Shown in pieces: positions 46,401 to 58,000 of a stretch of 64,000 bases of DNA. The stretch lies in assembly GCF_009914755.1 (NCBI RefSeq), contig NC_060927.1, one strand, 5' to 3'. The position numbers and the translations under genes were made by a program. A model generated the notes under the pieces. It was not told the origin of the DNA. It saw only the letters and a list, made by a program, of their open reading frames with translations, and made no database searches. This stretch comes from the human T2T-CHM13v2.0 reference genome, Homo sapiens. Position 1 is the stretch's first letter, and each line of letters begins with the position of its first letter.

Positions 46401-47713
46401 TGGGCTCTAGATTACAATTACATGTAGTAAAGTGAAAGTAAGTCTGCATTGTTCAGCTGATGATTCATATAAAATTCTTTCTCTCCCATTGAGGTTTCTA
46501 GTTTTTTAATGTATTCCTGAATATCTGTATCCTTATCCTAGGATTTGGAGAATAAACATATGACAATGTAAATCAAATAAGTGCTTTTGACTCTGTGGTT
46601 CAACTGTTTAAAATGATAAGCAAAGAAGGAGGATGAAAACCATGGTTTGGAGGTTTGCCCATGGTTCCCAGGGATCTGCTTTATTTATAGAAGGGAAAAA
46701 GGCTGGTCCTTAGTTCACCGAATTCTAACTTCTTGGCCTGAAAATGTTCCCTCAGCTTCCCCCAATATTTACCCTTTTTACAGAAACTAGAGCCTGTTTC
46801 AGGGAAAAGTCTGAAGAGAAAAGATAATTAGTAAACTCATAGAATTTTAAGAATTCTTTTTTCATAAGAAAAGTTTTTGCCTGAATTTAGTACAATTCAT
46901 TCAAAATATACATAGAAAAAAAATTTTTTAAACATTTCTACTGATATATTTATTTTTAAATCTATACAATTTATACCAAGAAGTCAAAGGTCAGTCAACT
47001 CTTTGATAAAGATTAGTAATCAAAACAAAAGCGATTCTGAAACTGATACAGCATCTTCAAATCTGCTGTGGTGCCAAAATGTAAAATATAGATACTCTGA
47101 GAATGAGGAATTCAAATTTTAAAGATTTGCCATAAAGAGAAAAATTTCCCAACTTGGAAACCATGCCCATCAATAGCCTTGATTTATGTATAACATACAC
47201 ATGTTCTGTATTTAATAGACAACTATGCTGTTATAAATGCATTTATATAGTCAATGTCATGGGAAAAACCCCATCAGTTATTCTAAAGTAGAGAGCAGAT
47301 TATAAAATAGGAAAGCAGATTATAAAGTAATATGCATTCTGTAATCCATATATGAAAACTATAGCTATATTTTTATGGTTATATATGCAGAGAGATTAGC
47401 TAAGCACAAAAATGATGGCAGTTTGGGTGGTGGTATACTGGGAGACTTTAATTTTGTTCCTTTTTTATTTTGTCCACTCACTTTTTTATTTTTTTTTTAC
47501 AAATCTCTATACATTTTGCTAATGTACATTTATTTTGAAAAGACAAAAAACTTAAAGAGTAGCTTTGGAAAACAAATTGTGCATTTATGCAGAATTATAT
47601 ATCCGTATATTGTTTTTCTGCAGTTGCTGGGTGTTGAACTACAATTGGGTTTCCAGGAAAGACCTAAGTTCTCTTTTGGAATATTAACACTATGAATATG
47701 TTTTACCTCTTAA

Positions 47714-47715
<2 letters not shown>

Positions 47716-47761
<46 letters not shown>
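47716..47761 (+). repeat. (CA)n microsatellite, ~23 perfect units, ~4 kb upstream of the promoter
   Basis: Direct reading. Confidence 0.98.
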
Positions 47762-47762
<1 letters not shown>

Positions 47763-50700
47763 ATTTTAAGGTATGAAGAACAGTTTAAAAATGTCCTGTA
47801 CCTCATTAGAGGTGGATTGAAGCTGTTTTATTCTAGTGGCTAATTGATAGACCTTTTAATATCATCTCAGGGTCAAGAAGCCAAATATATTATTCCAAGT
47901 TCTGAATAGCTTGGTAACCTTTGTCTTTCTTTGTGTGAAAAAGAGAACTGTGTCCATCGTAGAAGAAAGTGTGATCTCTGGAACAGCAATGCAAGCGAGG
48001 CAGGATCATAGACAGTGGTTTGGCAAATGTTAGGTTATGCTCTGTGTCATCACTTCTTGTGTTTCAGAGGGATAACATTTACCTCTGTTTTCCCCACATA
48101 TGCTTCTAATGCTCCTGCTTTCAGTTCTAGGCTAGGTTTTGAAAAATTAAAAACATCTTTTGTGGGTTCCATAGGAGACTGCAAACGCTTTGTGTTGAAG
48201 CAGGTCCTGGAGGGGGTGATAACATAGGCTGGGTAGAGAGGGCCTGCTGCTGGGCATCCTGCCTCCAGCCCTGTTCTGCATCAGAAAAAGTCCTTGCATC
48301 TGTGCTCTGCTGGCTGCCTGGCCTGCCTCAGCCACACCAAAGCCACGGATCCCTCTGGGCAGAGAGGGCAGAGGAAGAAACACAGTGCTCTGTGGGCCAG
48401 GAGGAGAAAACCCCCAAATATTAAGGATGTGTCTGAAAAAATGGTATATCTATCCTAAGAGATGCTGAAAAGAAATACGAAATTTAGTCAGCAACCTTTC
48501 TTGTCTCCTGATGCTCAGATCTTTTAGTGACAGGTTTCCTAACCTTCTCTTTAGCTGTTTCTCCTATTTATTCTTTTTGTCCTTCCTCTGATTCATGCTT
48601 CTCCATGAAAGTACCACACACATTCATTTTTGAGGAAATTTCTTGGTTTGCATTTTCAGCAAAGCATCTTTGTGCATGTGCAGGCCAGTGTTCATTTGTG
48701 GCCTGCCTGTGAGAACTCCAAGGGTTCATGGAGATAATTTTCTCATCCTATACACAGCCTACTACAGAAGAGACATGGCTGTCATCAAGGGATCTGTGCC
48801 ATCAGAACATTTGGTTTCTAGTCTCCCAAATCCTCTTTGTTTTTGATCGTGACATTTCTTCATGCTCAGATGCATACATGATGTAACATTCTTTGTTGAT
48901 GTTCTGAAATGTGTTTTAGAGTTATTTTGGCTTCACACAAAATAAGAATGGGGCTCAAAACTTTCTGGTTGAAAAGCTAATCTTTGGGGCTTTTTCTTTT
49001 CTTTTTCTCCTGCTTTTTGGTACTATGCATATTTGTAAAGCTTTACACCCAAGAATGGTATGTAATGGACCCTAGACTGTTTTGTTGGAAACAGGGCAAA
49101 TAAGAAGTCTCTCTAGGGGATTTGTGGGCCTTTATTGTGGTGTGGGAGTATGCCCTAAAGGGGAGCTCCTCACAGCCTAATTGTTGACGAGTGATGAAAG
49201 TTCAACAGCACGGCAACTCTACTTCTCGCTCCAGCTAAAAAGTGCTTATAAAGGTAGCTGGGCTATTTTAGCAATTTGCCTTATTTTGAAAATCCAATTT
49301 GGTAGCTTCATTAAAGGGCACTAATTTAGTGTCTTAGGGGAATATATGTTTAAAGGAGCTTGTCAACAATCTTAGATGTTTGCCAGTGTATAGGTGAGCT
49401 CATTTCCCCAAGCTGGGGTTACCCGGTTACATGCATGCTCCTTGATTTCAAACATAATACAAAATAGATTCAAAAGTCCTCAAACCAAAAGAGTAACAGT
49501 ACCACTCCCTCTTTCCCAAGTACCGCCTCCCATTCCTCAGCGTAGGGTGCTCTTGGTGCATAAACACATCTGCAATTGACATAGTCAATCTGTCACCTAG
49601 AGGTCTAATACGGAGGACAAAGGTTTTATTTAGTTTAGTGATAGTTAATATATGACAATCTAAGGGCCTTAAAGCATGATAACTGTTTTAAATAGTTTAA
49701 AAAAATAGAAAAACTTTCTGAACACCTAGAAGAATCACTCATTGCTCACTGCATGCCTGATACTCCCAATGGTATATTTCAGTCCCACATTGGGACAAAA
49801 ATTTTAAAGTTGAGTAGCTGAATGCTAATTATCTACATAGCCTCAAATAAACTTGAGCCTTCTACAGTTCCCACTATGTTGACAAAATATTATGAGAAAA
49901 GATAGAAAATTTAGTTGAAGCAAATTATTCTTCTTTGGGATGCTTTCTTTGAAAAATAAAGCTTAAAATCCATGAGATAATACAATAAATATTGTCATCA
50001 AGTTTGACAATACGCAGTTAAGCTATGAAATCACTGTTTCGTTCTTTCACATAGGCACTGGAGTATGTACTAAGAATACTGAGTTCTCCCTAGGTATAAT
50101 TTCTCATCCAGTTTATAGAACTGGGTTCCATTTAAAAAAAATAAACTATCTGAGTGAATTCTGATTTTTTTTTTGTAGAGACTTTGTGTTATGATCAATC
50201 TGCTAAGGTTTCCTGTTAATAGATTACCTGTCCAACCATTCAGGAGATGCCGAGATGTAGTTCTGTCCAGAAGAGAAATCAAATACGCCAACTTTCTTCC
50301 TATGCAGTCTCAATTTCCCTCAAAGAAAAATAGGTTTTTCAGAATGACTTGAGATGAAGGGAAGGGTAGTAAATTAGAAATGCTTTCATAATTTTCCTGT
50401 AAATTTTATATGTTTGGAAGGAAGGAGAAAATACTTGTAAAAAAGCACTTCTGGAGATGACTACGTGGAAATGATCAGGATGTAGATCAAAGTAACAGTT
50501 TTGAATTATTTGGGTTTGGTTTGCCTGAAACCTCATACAGCAGATTCATTCTTATTCTAGTGAGAGCTGAACACCAAGGGAGACAATTTCGAATAGTTGG
50601 AAAATAATTACCTACTCATCAAGGGTCGGTACAACCTCATTCCATTTTTACAGTAGTTTCTAGAAGTACATGTATCATTTATTTGAGATTTATAATCAAT

Positions 50701-51689
50701 ATCTTAGCGTATATGAACACAGCCATAGCTGTAGAAATCACATTTCTATAATAATGCAAAGGCATTTATGTTAATAAATCTGTTTGTAATCTCTGTCATT
50801 ATGGTTGGGTGTCAATAAGTGAAACTAAAAGGATGTGGAAAATTTCATAACATGTTTTATGCTAGTTATTTGTTTGTTGTCTATTCATGGGGTTACTAAT
50901 TACAACTGGTAAAAGTTGATTTTCTCCTCTTCAGTTTATTGTGGGATGGGGCGTTCATTTCGCCAGATACACAGTTATTCAGTGTCTACATTTCAGAAGC
51001 TGAATTGCTGGATATAGTCAAAATGAGCTTTGGCAATTCCATGTGTGAGTGTACAACTATAATTTTGCTGCACATTAATAACAACCTTGCAAAGAAGCCC
51101 AGAATCAAATGCCTTGCTCTCAGCTGGGAGCAGAAAGCTAGAGTGGTATATCTTGGCTGGTGACCTATAATGTTGGAAAAGTAGGCTCTACATTCACTCA
51201 GAAGGAGTAGGTGGAATTCCGGAAATTTATTCACTCTCCTTCACTACGCCTTTTCCTTTTTTTTTTTTTTTCCTTCCTTGTAGTGTGTTAGTGAGTGCTC
51301 CGAGACAATGAAAAAAACAATGAATTACAGACAATAAAAATAGTGCATCTCTAGAACAAGCGGTAAAATCAAGGCTTTTATTTCTTCAGGTGTCAACTCT
51401 GTTCCTTCCCCAGGTCCTACCCTGCCCAGGTTTCTGTGGCACCTCTGTGATTCCAAATCAGCGATCAGGTGGGCAGCGGTCTGGGCAGTCACCCACAGGG
51501 AGTACACTTGGTGCTGCACGTTCGGACTTTCAGTCTTGCTCAAAGCAAAGAATCTCCAAGAGCGCTGAGGCTACGGATTCATTCGGGTGGGGCGAGGTGT
51601 TATTATTGTGGGATTGTCTCTGCAGAGTTGGCCTGGAGAGTGAGCGGTGGAGGGAGTGGAACAAGGCTTCGTCAAGAGTCCCCAGGAGT

Positions 51690-52860
51690 CCAGGGGCGCC
51701 CCCCAGACGGGTACGCTGGAGGGCCTGGGCACGGGGGACAAGAGAGAATACATGCCTGCTCGCTGGGAGCAGGGAGGCGGTGTGGCGGGGCAGGGGGCAA
51801 CGTGCCAGTTTTCTTTCTGATTAATGATGCTCACGCTGCTGCGCGTGGCTCATGCGCTTTGTCTCCAGCCTTAGGGCTGGCGGAGAACGGCCCAGGGAAT
51901 GAGTGGTACCGCGGGCGCCCGGCGCACCCAGCAGGTGCCATCACTCTGGATGGGCCAGTTCTGGATGCTCCCAGTGGCGCAGAGGCGGCGACACTGGCAG
52001 GCGTCCGGCTGCCGCCACCTCCCGGGTGTGGCGGGTCTGGGGCCCGGGGTCTCCGGCCAGAGCAGCTGTGGAGCCACGTGCAACACGCGCGTTGCCCTCA
52101 GCCCGGGCGGGGACCGGACGCATCCGGAGCTGCGGGGAGGAGCCGGGCGCCGCCCCCGGCGGCAGTGCCAGCCGCGTGGGAGGCACGGACCGGCGGAGGG
52201 GCAGACGACGGAGGCGGCCAAGCGGGAGGAACGGGACCGAGGGATCGACCGAGGCTGGCTGGCTAGGGGTGGGACTGGCAGAGCTACGGACAGGTGGGAG
52301 CAGTCAGACAGCCTGAGAGAGGGAGACCAGAACGCAAAGAGAGCGAGAGCATTAAGTAGGCAGGGAGAGGCACACAGAAAGATAGACAGCAACACTCGCG
52401 TGCTCCCTCCCTCCACACGCCCTCCTCTTACCGAGCGAAGCGGCCAGGGGCACAGAGTGGGAGAGGACTGTGGGCACAGAAGACCGGAAGAGGGACGCTG
52501 CATTGCTGGTGGGACGGAGGGATTCGGACGGACGGACAGACCAGCGCACAGACTGGCAGCCTGCGAGAGTGGCAGCTTTGAGAGCAGAGCACAGCAAAGC
52601 GAGAATCCCGCGCCGAGCTGCTAGTCGGACCCACAGACGGTCGGACTGACAGACGTGCAGACGGACAGAAGAGCAGACAGGAGGCGGGGGCGCGTTCACT
52701 CCCGGCGGCCAGCCGGCCAGAGAAGGCGGCGGTGGCACCTTCTGAGCGCGTCCGGAGCAGAGACCAGCAGCAGCAGGGGCAGCGGGGACACAAGCCGCGA
52801 CCGAGCCGCCGCCGCAGCCCTGGCTGCCACAGCTGTGTGGGATCCCAGCCGACACTGCAG
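51690..52860 (+). promoter_or_regulatory. ARPP21: CpG-island promoter, probably of ARPP21
   Basis: Abrupt GC- and CpG-rich block in AT-rich DNA, with GC boxes (GGGCGG 52105-52110) and an E-box CACGTG (52075-52080). Gene identity rests on recall of the downstream exon. Confidence 0.8.
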
Positions 52861-53076
52861 AAAGCTCCTTTTACTAGCAGTTAAATAAATCGACCAAAAA
52901 CAAAACAAACAAACAAACCCAACAACAACAACAACAACAAAAGCCAAGCCAAAAGCCAAAACAAACAAATCCAGCCAAATCAATCATTGAGAAACAATAA
53001 TATTAATAAAATCCAAAACTAAATCAAACCAATCAAGGCACCAAGACGCAGGGGGGATATCCACAGTTCGATCAAG
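52500..53076 (+). other. ARPP21: Non-coding first exon (5'UTR), donor AAG|GTAATA; start position approximate
   Basis: No + strand ATG from ~51968 to 53218. A-rich/T-poor sequence switches to T-rich shortly after the GT at 53077. Confidence 0.7.
52895..52942 (+). repeat. (CAAA)n/(CAA)n repeat within the 5'UTR exon
   Basis: Direct reading. Confidence 0.93.
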
Positions 53077-54911
53077 GTAATAATCAAGGTCTTCCGACGT
53101 GAACATTGCACGCCTTTTGTGGATTTTTAGAATTCCTTCTTTCTTTCTGCCATATATCTGTCTGTTTCTTTTGAATTTTTTCTTGTCTGTATTTCTTCTT
53201 CGTGTTTGTAGAAAGCTGATGTTGTTATACATGTATTGTGTTTTTTATGTTTCGTCAAGGAGGGATGGACGCTCCTTCCCCCAGAAAAGACAGAAATGGA
53301 AAGCTGGAAGTTGGCAATGATTTTCATCAGAGAAGTCTACAGTGATTTGTATAGGCTTTATGGTAGAAAGTTTGCAATGCTCTTTTTGAAAGAGACCTAT
53401 TGAAGAGGTAGAAAGTTATACTCTGTTTGTTGTCCTGGAAGGATTGGGGTCCTAGGTCCCAAAGGGCTCAAGGGGAAGAATAGAAAAGATGTTCAGTTTT
53501 ATTTTTACATGCATGAAATCTGTGCTTCATTGCAATCGCCAATTTACTCTTTTCTGTCTCAGGTTGTAGATATGGTGGTAGAATTGAGTTGAATTAGGCA
53601 GGTGTTTAGAAAGTTTCTTAGGAATAGGAATTAACTCATTCAATGTTTATGCATAGAAATATAGCTGAGGTGGATGTGGTTGCTGTCAGCTATTCAGGTT
53701 TGCTACCTGATCACCTCCTGAAGATGTAGGGTAAGGACAGAATCCAAGCCTAAAAGAAAAAACAAGGAGAGAATTGAAAGTTATAGGGGTGGGCAGTTAT
53801 ATTTCTTAAAAGGCTGGTAGAAATCATTTTCCTAAGAATGTGTTTAGAGTACAGATATTCATTTTAATCTTTGATTTCTTTAAGTTTTTTGATGTTTGAT
53901 TTTCTACCAGTATGACACTCAGCCTCTCAAAACAAGAAGGACATTCCCCAAAGTTGAAATGAATCTGTATAAGATTTCATTCAAATGCAGAATAAATTCA
54001 AATGATTCCTAACCCCTCCTCATCTACTTTGGAGATAAAAACTGCTATGATTGTTTTAAGTAAACAGAGAAGTGGAGATGACAGGAAATCATTTTTCATT
54101 TGTTAAAAATCAGAAAACCTTTGACACACTTTTAGATAAATACACCTACTCCTTTGATCCTTTGTGTATGTATTACCACAGGGCTTAAATATCTTAATAA
54201 GATTTTAGTTAATGTCATTTTCATGAAAGACAGTCATTTGGAAGCCAAGAGCTCTATCTATGTTTTGTTCAAATAGCCGAGTAATCTACTATGTTGGCAG
54301 TAATTACTTCTGCTGCATTTCTAATGTGAATTGCATGTGAGAGCTTATGAATACACTCTTTTCAAGTGTATGTGGGTTTTCAAGGTATGTATTTGTGTTT
54401 GATCCTATATTTCCTTTGTTATAACATTCTGCTTTTCATCACTTTGACAGAATATTTGTAAATTTTCTGGAGAGTGAGTTTGGGTATATGCTTTGAGGAA
54501 TATGCTTCCTCATTACAAAAGATATGGAAACATAATTGATTACTACACTTGCTTATCAATAGTATTTTGATTTTGTTTAAATGAAATGTTTAAGATACGT
54601 GGATTGCTATGCATTCATGTTTTAAATTTATCCTCTCCAGGCATGATTTATGCCATTCAATAATTAAAATAACTAAGTTACTTTAGAAAAAGTGCCTATT
54701 AAACAGAGTACTTTGTTTAGAGGACGTATATTTAAATAAACTTATACAGCTAAAGAAACTGACTTTCACTTCCTCAGTGACTTAATTTCACTACATGCTG
54801 ATTTGTCCTTTGCAGTATTTAGCTCAGACCAAGACAGAATTGTATGTGCTATTAGATTTGCAAATTGCTGATCTCCCAGTGACTTTCCCTCTTAGATCCC
54901 AGTTGAGTATG

Positions 54912-55017
54912 GTTACCTTGAGAACTGTGGTATTAGCCATGTTAGAGCATGCTCCACTGGGGAGTTCTGTGCAGTCTATTTTTAATGCTATTTAATGAAG
55001 GAGCGAGCGCCTCACTC
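54912..55017 (+). promoter_or_regulatory. Candidate non-CpG alternative promoter (RFX X-box-like, MEF2, TATA-like, Inr)
   Basis: GTTACCTTGAGAAC 54912-54925; CTATTTTTAA 54976-54985; TATTTAAT 54989-54996; CTCACTC 55011-55017. Confidence 0.45.
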
Positions 55018-55089
55018 AGCAATAAAAGAAGCATGAGGGAAGACAGAGCAGTGCATGGTTATGGATACTGGACAAGGATATTTGGAAAG
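55014..55089 (+). other. ARPP21: Alternative 5'UTR exon, donor AAG|GTAAAG; start uncertain
   Basis: Clear donor. GAGGGAAGACAGAGCAGTGCATGGTTATGGATACTGGACAAGGATATTTGGAAAG recalled as the ARPP21 mRNA leader (memory, not a search result). Confidence 0.7.
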
Positions 55090-58000
55090 GTAAAGGCTGA
55101 CCATTGGATATGGTAATTTTAATTAAGTCCTAATATATCATATGAATGGAAATATGGATTTTTGTTAGAGAATTATACATGAATAGTTCAATAGGTGTTT
55201 TCGTAAACCTCTTCACTAGTTCTTAGAAAGAAGACTCAATAATTTGAGTTTTTAAAACTTGAGGGACATACTAACCAGGGAGTTCCTGCATGCAGACTAT
55301 TTTTAATACAAGCTGTCATATTCTTGGGTGGTGAGAAGTACAGAAATAATTTCAAATTCCTAAAATATTGTTCGGTGAAAGGTTTGGAGCTTGTAAAACG
55401 TTCTGCGAATAAAATAACTAATATGCTTCTAAGATACTACAATAACCTGAAGCTCTGCCTTGTGAATTGCTTCATTTTCTTTTATGAACTTGGAGTCTAG
55501 GTCCAGAATTGTCACAACTAAGAGAAGCAGGAAGTTTTGTTTGGACTTGATAGAATATTTGGGGTGTTTTCTCTCCTTAGAATTAAGATAAGCCCTACAG
55601 ATTATCTTACTGAAGTCTAAATATTTTAAAAATATAAGTAGCAGAGGCAGCACTGGTAACTTTTGTAATGTCACAATAAAGGGCAAAATATCTTAACATT
55701 ATAGTGTGTACAATGCAAGAAGCCATCTGTCTGCAACATTTGTATATATGCAGAACACCTGTCTTGAGGTAGAAAGTGAGAATGTTCAATCAGAAAGGTC
55801 TTGTGTTGATTTTCATATTAACAACATACTATAATCAGGTTATTCTTTTGTTCAGAGTAAAGCTAATTAGACAAAATGCTTAAGTAGTTGCAAGGTTAAT
55901 AAACATAAGAGAAAGTAAGCAGTTTCTATTAAATGGGGAAGTTAGTCATATAATTTTTAAATGAAGCTGTTAGAACAATGTGCAAAGTTGATCTGGATTT
56001 TTGCCAATTCCTATGAAAAATAATCCCCAGAAATAAACTACTAAGGAAAATACATCACAATGAGTTACTGTGATTTTTTGTTTGTTTGTCTTTTTGACTT
56101 AGTTCTAGAGGAGGAAGACAATTCACACTGGCTAAAGTATTTCCCTTAGTGGTCATGCCTTTTGGACCACAATGCTGATACCTTTCTCAAGCTTCTCAAA
56201 TCAGTGGGAATCCTCATCGGAATTCAATGTCTATTTTGTCTGTGGACAAGATAATGATAAGCTACATAAGTAGAGTGTAGAATGAGTCAGCCACTGAAGA
56301 CACAATATACAAGGTAGCCAGAAGTGAATATGATTGAGAATTCTCATTAGTGTGAGGAGACAGTTTGAAGTCCATAAGGTTGGAAATTGCAAATTAATCA
56401 TTTGTATATAAGTCAGTTTAATTCAGATCTGCTTTGTGACAAGGTTAGGAGAGAATGTGGGGCTTAAAGGTGATGTCGACAATGAAAGCCATTTCTTCTT
56501 ATGGTAAGTACTGGCATCATTCTAACTGGTATCACATGGTAGTAGCCTATTTAGAAATTTGTGAATCTCTAATCACAAAAAGAATTGACTTCCTTAAAAA
56601 TATATTATATCACCTGGAAAGTTCTGAATATATTTTAAGTCAGCGATGATGCATTTGTAAAACATATACTTCCTTTCTTTAGACAAAGGATCTTTATGAT
56701 TCTAGAAGCTCTACATTTCTGTGGACTTGTATTTTATTTTTTATTCTAGCATTTTATGTTAAATATGATAAATGAATTTCAAGCAGCAATGTAAGCAAAT
56801 GCTGAAGGACTGTTGAAGGAAAAAGAAAATATTAACAAGATGTATCTGTAACTAGATTTGTTTGCTTAGGGTGTCTTTGCTTCTGAGTGTTAGTTTCCTT
56901 TAGGTAGCTTTATGCCAAGTTCTAATAAATTGATTATTTGTAGTGCCTTAGTCTTATAATTTAATTAATTTTGCTCATCTTGGATTAATTTTGGCCCTAG
57001 ATATTGAAGTACATGTTACTTGTATTTATATCATAACCAATGATCTATGAGGATTAGATATGAGCTGAGATATGAAGTATTTAAATTATATACATAATAT
57101 GTTTCATTAAGAATAAAGTGCACGAGAAAGAATATCTGGTTCATTCAGCAGTTTTTAAATGTCTGGTAACATTGTTATCTTATAGTCTCAAAATCTGTGG
57201 TCTGAAGATATTTTCTTTAGGCATGACATGCTCATATAACATTTTGAATGCACCTTTCTCTAAACTTACCGAGACATATCTGTGCTTTGAGAAATAGCTA
57301 TGCAGCAAACCAAAAAAGTGAATTGAAATAATTACATCAAGACAGTGGAGGGGATATTGCAAAAACAAAGGGGTTTGTTTGAATGCATCGAATTGCTCTC
57401 TACTTTCAGACTGAATCCTTAGCATCATATTATGCTCCTGTTTTTTAGTCACCAGTATAGATCCTGGAATTGCCAGGTGGAGAGAATGTTAATCACTGTC
57501 CATGGTCACAGTAGATCAATATTTTTAAATATCTTTACACGCTTTGCCCAAAGAAATGTCTTTTGGCAGTTGTATAACCCCCATTTAATATACCTTTCAA
57601 TGTGACAGGTTTAGAAGATTTTTGTATACGTTTTGTAATAAACTGATATATATTAGGATACAATTGTAATTGCGACATTAAAATGTTGAAGCATTAGAAG
57701 CATTAGTCCAAAACTGTCTCATTCAAGGAATATATTTATAATTATTTATCAGTCATAAATTCATACATTTTAAAAGTAATATACATTATAATTGTTCCTG
57801 TTATCTAGCAAAAGAAAATCATTTCTTTTTATCCAGATAAAGAGGGCAAGTGTCCACTAATAATTATCCCCTCTAAAAACAGGCCTTTTACTACATTCTC
57901 ACATTTCACACTACTTCAAGATGATACAATTCTTAAATTAGAAATCCATTATGAATAACACACAAAATATTAAGATTTTGTTAACAAAATCCCTTCTGTA

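Noticed and set aside
51390-52888. Overlapping 120-265 aa ORFs on both strands of the CpG island
   Set aside because: Stop-poor GC-rich DNA, Gly/Arg/Ala/Pro-rich translations, several non-ATG starts and no recognisable domain.
57490-57515. RE1/REST site (minus strand ACCATGGACAG)
   Set aside because: Only the right half matches; the TCAGC left half is absent.
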